Source: an uncultured virus (IMG/VR IMGVR_UViG_3300037397_000012)
Taxonomy: Duplodnaviria; Heunggongvirae; Uroviricota; Caudoviricetes
Length of the DNA stretch: 20,000 nt
Virus record (IMG/VR): IMGVR_UViG_3300037397_000012
Direction: 5' to 3' (one strand)
Both the position numbers and the translations under genes were made by a program. The notes below the pieces were generated by a model, which made no database searches, had not been told where the DNA came from, and saw nothing but the letters and a program-made list of their open reading frames with translations. Positions 9,579 through 18,433 of this stretch are shown in pieces (the stretch's first letter is position 1; each line of letters begins with the position of its first letter).

Positions 9579-9779
9579 CTACACTACTGTATTTTTACTG
9601 TTAATAATTCTGTCTTCTTCCTTGTGGATATTATAAAGTATTTCTTTTAATTCTTTTAACACTCTTTGTGTTGTTTCGTTCTCATCATGATATAAAATAT
9701 TTTCAACTTCTAAAATAATTTTTTCTATCATCTTTTTTTCAACTTCTAGTATTTCTAAATTTTTCATAAATGCTGCCAT
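9579..9779 (-). CDS. Hypothetical coiled-coil protein (66 aa)
   Basis: ORF track; no TGA; promoter upstream. Confidence 0.6.
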   Translation of the reverse strand: MAAFMKNLEILEVEKKMIEKIILEVENILYHDENETTQRVLKELKEILYNIHKEEDRIINSKNTVV

Positions 9780-9828
9780 TAATATAATAATATATTAAGA
9801 TATAATACTTTTCAATCCTCACTTATAT

Positions 9829-9906
9829 ATATTAGTGTATCACTAGTTAATGTCAAAAGATTTTATATAGTTTTTTACTTGTTTTTTATATGACTATTAT
9901 TATAAT
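9829..9906. promoter_or_regulatory. Divergent sigma70-like promoter pair
   Basis: Minus: TTGACA(9856-9851)-16-TAATAT(9834-9829); plus: TTGTTT(9879-9884)-16-TATAAT(9901-9906). Confidence 0.65.
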
Positions 9907-9940
9907 AAATATGTATTTTTTATTTATTAATAATATTATT

Positions 9941-10399
9941 ATGACAAATATTAAGGTTCTAATTGATAATTTAAGAAAAGATCTTTTTGAAAATTTAGAT
10001 AAATCTAAAAAGATACTTTCTATACTTAAAGAAAATCCAGCTTTCCCATATAACCTAGAGATTGAAGCAGCAAAATGTATATGAGAAATAAGAACTGCTA
10101 CATTAAGATATAAAAACATACTTAAATACTTAGAGAATGATAACTCTTTATTGTCTTTAGATAATATAAGAGAATTAACAAAAGACGAAAAAGATGAGTT
10201 TAAAAAACTTCGAAAAGAAAGTAAATCTCTTCCAGATGATTGACCATGAATGAATACTGATGATAGACATAGAATGCTGTCTTTAATGTTTCTTGATCAA
10301 GCCAATAAACTTAAAGATATGGCAATTAAAGAAAATGATGAAAATGCAAAGAAGCAAGCATTAAGAAATTATGAATGATATATTAAGTATTCAAAATAA
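9941..10399 (+). CDS. Hypothetical helical protein (152 aa), the only plus-strand gene found
   Basis: Track ORF extends through in-frame TGA codons to TAA 10397-10399; has its own promoter and terminator. Confidence 0.75.
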
Positions 10400-10411
10400 T
10401 TTGTAATAATT

Positions 10412-10445
10412 AAAAAAGACTATGAATTAATTCTAGTCTTTTTTT
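10412..10445. terminator. Bidirectional intrinsic terminator
   Basis: AAAAAAGACTA-TGAATTAATTC-TAGTCTTTTTTT between convergent genes. Confidence 0.75.
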
Positions 10446-10642
10446 GGTGTCTTAAATTTTCAGTATATTAAATTATATATTCTTTCTTGTATTTCTGTTC
10501 TGTTACATTCCATTATACCATCTAGCTGTGACTGATCTATATCAATCTTATCTGTAAATGTACTACTGTTTACCGTATCAGAATCTCATTTTCTTAATGA
10601 CATTCTTCAATCTCTATAAGTATCAATTGTAACTAATACCAT
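10433..10642 (-). CDS. Hypothetical protein (69 aa)
   Basis: ATG..TAG open with TGA=Gly. Confidence 0.5.
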
Positions 10643-10666
10643 AAAATAATATTTTTAAATTTTAAA

Positions 10667-11248
10667 TTATCTATTATATAATATCTTTGCTAGTCTTCAT
10701 GGTGATATTGATATAGCATCAACTCAACATAATCTTTTTATCTCCTGTAATCAAGCAGTAACTACCTGAGAACAAAACCATGAATCTTTTTTATAAAACA
10801 AAAGTGTTTTAAATATTTGAGCAAATACTATTCAAACATAATTATATCTTTTGTTATTTTGTTTTATACAAAAATTTAATACATCTAAATATTGTTGCTT
10901 ACTTACTTCTATATCATGATAATCCCAATTTCATTTATTATCATCTATAAATTTAAATCTTGTTCATCAGTCAACTTCTGATGATGAAAACCGTAAGCCA
11001 TATTTTAACCAATCATCAAAGCTATAACATTTCATATTTGTATTCAATACAATACTAAAGATTCTACTAAATATATCTTGTTTTGATTTTAATATAGTAT
11101 TTACATAATCTCATTTAAATACCAATTCAACATGAGAATACTTACTAAACTCTCACAGTTTATCAATATTCTTTTGTTTAAACCTTATAGCTTTTCAAAA
11201 GTTGGTTTTAGAATTTTTATAAAAAGCTACTCTGATTATATAGTGCAT
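10667..11248 (-). CDS. Permuted papain-like (NlpC/P60, YiiX/YebB-like) amidase/peptidase (193 aa)
   Basis: VAFYK...YSHVELVF...GL[CGG]FSSSEVDGGTRFK...WD...KRYNYVGI...WFCSQVV...ISPGRL; His precedes catalytic Cys. Confidence 0.8.
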
Positions 11249-11264
11249 ATTATATATTTATATT

Positions 11265-11417
11265 TTAAGTCCATCTATATTTGTTCTTTCATCTTCTCTT
11301 ATATTCTATATACTTTTCAGCTTTAGAAGGTCAAGATTCATCTTTCCTTTTTTGTATTACTTTCATTCTATTTTTTATCATAACCTTTTTAGGTTTTTTA
11401 TCTCAACATCCCCACAT
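11265..11417 (-). CDS. Small basic hypothetical protein (50 aa)
   Basis: ATG..TAA open with TGA=Gly. Confidence 0.45.
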
Positions 11418-11435
11418 ATTTTATATAGTTAAAAA

Positions 11436-11651
11436 TTATTTTACACAATTTAAATCAAATTCATTTAATGAATCATATATATAATCAATTTTTTCAAACC
11501 CTGTTTCAATTCTTTTTTTGTCTATTATTGTAACTGAATTTCAGTTTATTAGACTATCAATCTTACATCATAAAAATACAAGCATTGCTATTATTATTAG
11601 CAATAGTATGTTTGTTATATTCTTACTTTCTTTAATTCCTATTCCTTTCAT
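11436..11651 (-). CDS. Small single-TM membrane protein (71 aa), possible lysis accessory
   Basis: N-terminal hydrophobic stretch ILLLIIIAMLVFLGC; overlaps the holin-like gene stop. Confidence 0.5.
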
Positions 11652-12019
11652 CTTAATATATTAATAATTAAACTTATTTTATCTAATATTCATTTTAGAA
11701 TTTGTCACAATCCTTTAATTCAATTAGTTTCAATATAATCAAATATAATAAAAGTCAATCCTCATGATATAGATGTAATAGAGTATCGCATATCTCATAT
11801 TGTTATTTTTCATATTCATTCTATATTTATATTCTCTGGTATAAAGTCTTGTATTACCATACCGAACCAACCAGATACTATTATATAAATAATAAAATGT
11901 AATAGTTTAAACCTTTTTCAAAGTCTTATAGTATTAAGATAAACTGCTATTCATCAAAATCAAGCTAATAGAAAAAATATTAAATTCTTATCTATATAAT
12001 CTTTTATATCTTTATACAT
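11639..12019 (-). CDS. Holin-like membrane protein (126 aa)
   Basis: LAGFGGIAVYLNTIRLGKRFKLLHFIIYIIVSGWFGMVI...; about 3 TM segments, LydA-holin-like pattern, follows the tail genes. Confidence 0.6.
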
Positions 12020-12050
12020 TATTTATTATTATCTATATATTATTATAAAG

Positions 12051-12079
12051 ATTATAGCAATTAAAATACTATAAATCAA
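12051..12079 (-). promoter_or_regulatory. Sigma70-like promoter with extended -10, upstream of the holin-like gene
   Basis: TTGATT-17-TATAAT, with TG at the extended -10 position (TGCTATAAT). Confidence 0.5.
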
Positions 12080-12081
12080 AT

Positions 12082-12546
12082 TTAACCTAATGCTTTTATT
12101 TTATTTTCTAATTCTATTTCCTTATCTGCATAAAATTGTTCAAAAGCATCTGTCTTATCTTTTATATATTGAGCAAATTCCTCTTTTTGTATTCATTTAT
12201 TTTCTGCTCTGGCTTGTATATAAACACTATTTCATCAATTTAATACATCCTGTGCTAGTTTACTAATATATTGCATTTTCTTTTTTTTATGCTTTGGTGT
12301 TTTTTTGTTATCAAACAATATTATATTTTCATACTCTTCTATAGCATCATCAAATTCTTTATTGTATTGATCTATTTTATTTTGTTTATCAACTTCAACC
12401 CAAGCAATTTCCAACTCTTCTTGTGTTGGTTCTATGTAATTTTCTGATATCCATTCTAAAATTCAACTATCTATATTATAATCTCTTGTTTCAATAAAGT
12501 CACTATTAATTTTTAATAGTGCTTGTCTTATTTTATAATCATTCAT
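12082..12546 (-). CDS. Tail-fibre assembly chaperone-like protein (XkdW-like N-terminus; 154 aa)
   Basis: ALLKI...ILEW...EPTQEELEIAW; C-terminal ARAENKGI...FAQYI shared with 15025-15429; directly follows a fibre gene. Confidence 0.6.
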
Positions 12547-12564
12547 AAAATATATATTAATGTA

Positions 12565-15015
12565 TTAAACTACAACTTCAAATCAACTTCAAAATATTTT
12601 TTTACTTCAAAGCGTTCATCATGAATTATTATAGAACCTATAACTTATTTTATCTCAAGCTGAAAAACTAACTTCGCTAGTATCACTGAAAATTCAAGTA
12701 GTCCCAAATGTTATATTCAATGCAGTGTCAACTCAATTTTTTCTTAAAATAAAATTTCAGTTTGTTGTTCAATTAAACTCATAGATGTATATAAATAAAT
12801 TCTTAATTGTGCAATCTACTGGTACAACTGAAAAATATGCTTCTATTCATAATGAACTATCTAATCAAGGTGCTCAATAATAACTATTAGTATCAGAAAC
12901 TCATGTATTTAAAGCATGAGCATATGTGCATATAGAATTTCAACCTCCTCAACTAGGTGTTTGCCATTCTGGTGCTGTAGCTCAAGCATTCATTGTTAAT
13001 ACCTGGTCTGCTGTTCATTTTGCAAGTCTAACATTATCGCTTCAATTATGGTAAATTATATCTCATTGTGTTGTTGTTGGTGCAAGATTATCAAATGCAA
13101 CAGTTTTTGTACTTCAACCTGTTCATCAGTCAGCTATAGCTAAATCAGTTATTCAACTTATACTTCATCCTGTTATACTAACTGAATTACTGTTTTGTGT
13201 AGCAATGCTTCATAGTCACAATGTGGTTCTTTGAGCTGAATTATCAGCATCATCTAACAATGCTCTTCAGGCAGTTGTACAAGTTATTTCTTCAACATCT
13301 CAAGCTCAAGCTGTACTTCTTCATAATAGTTTATCAGTTGCACTAACATTCTGCATTTTAGCATATGTTACTACATCATTATCTATTGTCCATGTAGTTC
13401 AACTTCAAGATACTGTTATATCTCATTTGTCACCATCAGCAATTCATCCAATATTATCATCTACATATTTTTTATTTGCTACTTGATAATCTGTTGTTGG
13501 AGATGAACTTGGTGTAATTAGAAAGCTTGAAAATGTTTTAACTCATGCTATTGTTTGATTTCATGTAGTAGCTACTGGAGTTATTTGTGTTGGATTTGTT
13601 ACTATAAATTCTCAATCTTTATCTGGAAGTACATATGTATTTGCTGTAGTTGTTGGTAATAATGATACATCAAAATATGCCTTTTTAGTTGGATCTACAT
13701 CATCAACTAAATAAGTTGAATTAGCATCTAGTCATTTATTTTGAAGTACCTCTGAACTTGTTGCACTAATTAATGTAATGTCACTATCTGGTATTATAAT
13801 AGTTCTTGTTGTTCAAGTTGTAATTCAAGATACTTGGAAATTTATTTTTTTTGTAATATCTTCTTCATCAAATATTGTAAAATTATTATCTGCAAAACTT
13901 GTATTAAATGCATTAACTCATCAAGAGGCTGTTAATGGTGTTAAACCCCTTAGATCTGTAGTAGATACTACACCCCAAGTTCACCCTCAAGTTTTCATTT
14001 GTATTGTTACTCTTGCAATTAGAAATCAAGTTGAACTTTCTTTTGTAAAAGAATCAGGAATTGAAAAGTTATCATATCCACTTATATCATTTTTGGCATC
14101 TGTTTCATTAGCATATATTCATCATGGTAAATTAATCATTATAGGATTATATGTTCAACTCTTATTCGCTACAGCCCAAAATACTAAGTTAAAAAATTTA
14201 TTGTTTCATATTAATGTACCTGTGCTATCAGATGTTATATCATATAAATTAGTTATTGATTTATATGGTGTTACACTATCATTTATAACTAAAGCATTAT
14301 CTCAAGTACTAGTATCTAATGCTGTTACTGTTTGCCTGTGCATTTGATAAATTATTCAAGCTGTAGACTTAAATTCTACATTACCAGCAGTTGGTGACAA
14401 ATATCAATCTGTACCATTTCAATCAATACCTGAATAATAAGTAGCAGGAAAGTGTCTTATTTTTTCTCATATATGAGATAAATGTCATTGGTTATTATCA
14501 AAAGCTAATTCATCATTCCGATTTTGATTTATATATACACCATTAGATTGTACATAAGTTGCACTAGGAACTAAGAAATAAGCTATCTTTATATGTTCTA
14601 CATCTGTTGGAAATCAAGTTGTAGATTTAGTTAGTAACTTAGTGCTTTTAAGTATATATATAAAATTCTCTTGCGGTGAACTATCTGATCCAGCTGTTAA
14701 TTCTATTGTTAAAGCAGGCGTACAATCTAAAATTGTTTCTCAATCAGATAGATGTAAAGTTAAATCTCCTCATCCAGATTTCTCTATACTCATTGTTATA
14801 GTTGTTCAATTTGAGGATACTGTAGCATCAAATTTTTCAGCTATTGTTCAATTCCAAAAATCTCTAAATTCTCAAAATGAAATTCTATTTTCATTTCATG
14901 ATGAATCTAGTCAATACAATAAATCATCAGATTTAAAATACAACTTATTAAATCATGTGTCTGGATTAGATGGTATATCTATATTTTGTATCTCTAATGC
15001 TTTTAATTTTTTCAT
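12565..15015 (-). CDS. Phage tail fibre protein (816 aa)
   Basis: Frame consistent with TGA=Gly at the positions checked; fibre modules such as FTIFDEEDITKKINFQVSGITTGTTRT, DGDKGDITVSGSGTTWTID, RALLDDADNSAQRTTLGLGSIATQ, LAIADGGTG, GTADQVLTMNAGATAPEW. Confidence 0.85.
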
Positions 15016-15024
15016 GGTAAAAAA

Positions 15025-15429
15025 TTACTTAATATTTTTAATTTTATTTTCTCTTTCTATTTCACATTCTAGAATAAATTCTTCTGCTGCATTATATTTA
15101 TCAACTATTTCTTTAGCATAAACCATTGGTGTTATTCATTTATTTTCTGCTAGTCTTTTTATAAAGTTATCATTTTTTCAATCTAATATCTTTTTTGCTT
15201 TTTCTAACCTTTTATCAAATCTTTTCTGCATTTCAGATGGATATTCAGAAAGATACTCTTGTATCTTCCTGTCATATTCATTATTTATTTCTTTTAATTT
15301 TTCTCATCTAATGTATTCGTTATAGGTTTCATTTGTTTCTAGGTATAGTTTTCATCTCTCATTTACCTTAAACTCAACTCAAAACTCTTCTTGTAGCTCA
15401 AGTTGTTTTTTTGTTAATCATTCAATCAT
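15025..15429 (-). CDS. Tail-fibre assembly chaperone-like protein (134 aa)
   Basis: EINNEYD...LSEYP...KRLEKAKKIL...LAENKGIT...YAKEIV; paralogous to 12082-12546; follows a fibre gene. Confidence 0.65.
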
Positions 15430-15446
15430 AATTAAATATTACTAAA

Positions 15447-17234
15447 TTAAATTATTGTTACATCCTGTATAACCTTTAAACTTCATTGAGTTCAGTTATC
15501 TCAGTCTAATCAATTATTTCAGTTGTATGCTGTTCACACATATGGCGTAAGTGTTTGGTCTGTTGTGTTTTCTTCTTCAACCTTTGTTCATCATGCTCAT
15601 CATGATCATCATACTCATATTGATTGATTATATGAAATTGAATTTGTTCAACTATGATAAACTATAAGTATACCTCAGCTTCAACCTCATCAACCTCATC
15701 AACCTCATCATCAACCTCAACATCACATAACCATATTTGTTTGATTATCAACTATTGCATCTGATCAATTTCATCAATTAGTTCAACTAGTTCATGATGT
15801 ATTAATTACTCAAACTCAAGATAAATCTTTTGCATATAGTAATACACCTAATCAACTTCATCATCTTTCTCATCATGCTCATCATGCTCATCATGATCCT
15901 CAATAATTCCAACTTCATATTGGTGTTGTATCTCATACTAGTCACGAACCTGAATATGCATCTCATCAATCTCATCATATTTGATTCACTCAACCTCACG
16001 CTCATCACGAAGAAGATCATCAATCTCATGAATTAACTATAATAAAATCAGCTCAATCAAAGTATGTTCAGTTTCAAGCTCATCATACTCAAGCTGGATT
16101 TCATCAATCTCATCAATCTCATCATCATCATGTTATGTTTATATATGTTGCTCATGGTGATGTTCAAAAATGAAACACTGATCAAACTATTCATCATCAA
16201 CCTCATCATCAATATCACAATGCTCATAATCATCATGTTCATCATGGATTTCATGAATTACTTCAATATCAAATTGTACTTCATCAATTTCATCCTCCTC
16301 ATCAATTTCAACTAGATCAATTAATTACCGTTTCTCACCATATAAATGAATCTAATTCCTCATTTGCTGACCTATAAGTTGACTTATTTGATAGATCTAT
16401 TTCTCAATTTATTGTACATGTTCATTTACATTTTAATTGTAAAAATCATGATACATCATTAGTTGATAACTTAGCTCATGCTGCTATGTTAATATTATCA
16501 TATTGATATAATTGATTTGTATTTAAGTATGTAGTTCAACTTAATACATTTAAATCTCAGTCACTACCATCTCAATATATGTATTCTGAAAATTCTGTTG
16601 TAGATGCTGTAAAATATTCTAATGCAGTTCATCATGCATTAACTCTTAATTGTTGTAATGGTGTTCATAATGTACTTAATCATGTTCATCAATTGTCATA
16701 TTGTAATACTGATGATACATTTGTTGAATTTAGATTTATTGGATTTACTATTATTATTTGTCATCATCATGATATTAAATAACTTTCTGGACCTGCTAAT
16801 ACTACATCTCATGTATTTGTTCAACTTATATTATTTGCTGTTATATTTCATGGTGTATTTATATTTCATCAATCATCTATTGTAACTAGACTATTTTGAA
16901 TAAGCTTACCTGTTATTCAGTCATATCTGGCTATAGCATTATCTGTTGCTCATGATGGTCATACTACATCTCAACTTCATGCTCATGATGCATATGGTTC
17001 TAATTCATATTTTCAAGATCATACTTTATAAACTAATACTTTTTCATCTCACAGATCTGTTTCATCAACTTCTTTTGTTCATACTAATCATCAGATTTGT
17101 ATTTCATTTCATGATGAGTTTAGACTATATAATAAATCATCTGATTTAAAATATAGTTTGTTAAATGTTGCATCTGGATTAGGTGGTGTCACAACCTGCT
17201 TATACTGTGGTATAGCATATCTCTTCATACTCAT
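15447..17234 (-). CDS. Glycine-rich phage tail fibre / receptor-binding protein (595 aa)
   Basis: GDVVGPSGATDNAIARYDGITGKLIQNS module; long Gly-rich C-terminal region encoded by TGA/GGT runs; N-terminal motif shared with 12565-15015. Confidence 0.85.
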
Positions 17235-17366
17235 ATCTCTTATTTATTATTAAATAAATTATTATTATAGCTTCCATAAAGCTCTCGGTGTCACCTATGA
17301 CAATTGGTCTTAATAACAAGTAAGAGATACCAAACATTAAGTTTGGTCTCCTATTTGTTTTAGTTA

Positions 17367-18380
17367 TTATCATGTAATAACAACTCTATATTGATCTGTT
17401 GTTGGAGCTGTACTAAATTCAAATGTTGTTTGTGTAGAACTTGTTAAGATTATATCACACTCAACTTTTGCTCAAGTAGATTCATTGAATACTTGTGCTG
17501 TTACATATTGAACTCATAATCAATGTGTTACAGCTATACTGGTATCTGATCCATTACCTATTGTTCAAGTATATTTTCTTGTAAATGTAGATAGTCCTGC
17601 TGGAGTTACCGATCTAACAGTATCTGTTTTAGCTTCTGATTCTGCAACTGTAGCAAGCTCAACTAAACCTAATGTGGTATCAGTTGCTTGTTCTCTGTTG
17701 GTTTCTAGAATAAACCAGTTAGATCCGACTGTTGCTTGATCTCAAGATGCAGTTGAATCTGTCTTACAAACTATCATATCTCATACATCTACATTAATTC
17801 AAGATGCTCAACCTATTTTACCTGCTACTGAGACAACATAAGCATGTCAAGCATCTGCTGCTGGATAATCAGGATTAGCAGAACAATCTATATTTCATTG
17901 TAATGTAAATGCATCTGCTGTTGCTACTGCTGCATCAACATATGATTTAACTGCATCGGCTCTTGCTAATTCGTCACTAGCCGCTGATACACTTAGGTCA
18001 GTTGTTATATCTGCTGAATTAAGCATTGCATAATCAACTGATCAAGATTGTATTGTTGTAACTCATGTTGAATCAATTGCTATATCTCAAGATATTGCCT
18101 TGTTATCCCAAGTATCTACACCATCATAAATAAGTATATTTCCTGATGCAGGTGTTACTATGTTTGTGTCGCTAAGTCAAGTTAAACTATCTGATCAATC
18201 ATCTTCTGTTAACAGTTTTTTAAATGAAGATCCTGTATATAACTTAGCTCTATTGTCATCTGTATCATAAAATATCTGTCCACTTATTGGTGAAGACGGA
18301 TCTGCTGATGAGTTTTCTAAAACTCAATTCACTAATTGATTTTGGTTTAAATCAATATTTACTAAAAACTTTTTTGCCAT
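17367..18380 (-). CDS. Phage tail/structural protein (337 aa)
   Basis: [40 protein letters not shown]...TRKYTGTIGNGSDTSIAVTHGLG...FSTAPTTDQYRVVITG*. Confidence 0.8.
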
Positions 18381-18433
18381 AATGTTTTTGTAAAGAAATA
18401 AAGTTAGTTTATTGTCATCTCGGACTGAATAAT

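Noticed and set aside
15802..16254. Met-rich minus-strand ORFs in the track
   Set aside because: Out-of-frame readings (ATG from TGA-TGA runs) of the Gly-rich tail fibre.
15560..16320. Short tandem tca/cctcatcaa repeats as a CRISPR array or satellite
   Set aside because: No constant repeat-spacer periodicity; explained by poly-Gly coding.
1724..17149. Plus-strand ORFs in the supplied track (e.g. 13778-14347, 14642-15121, 2964-3167, 3405-3644)
   Set aside because: They are antisense shadows of longer minus-strand genes with clear family motifs under TGA=Gly. Only the ORF at 9890/9941 is real, and it extends to 10399.
17284..18423. 8-nt complementarity (ATGACAAT/ATTGTCAT) and shared CCGAG flanking the 17367-18380 gene
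   Set aside because: Too short to distinguish from chance in AT-rich DNA.
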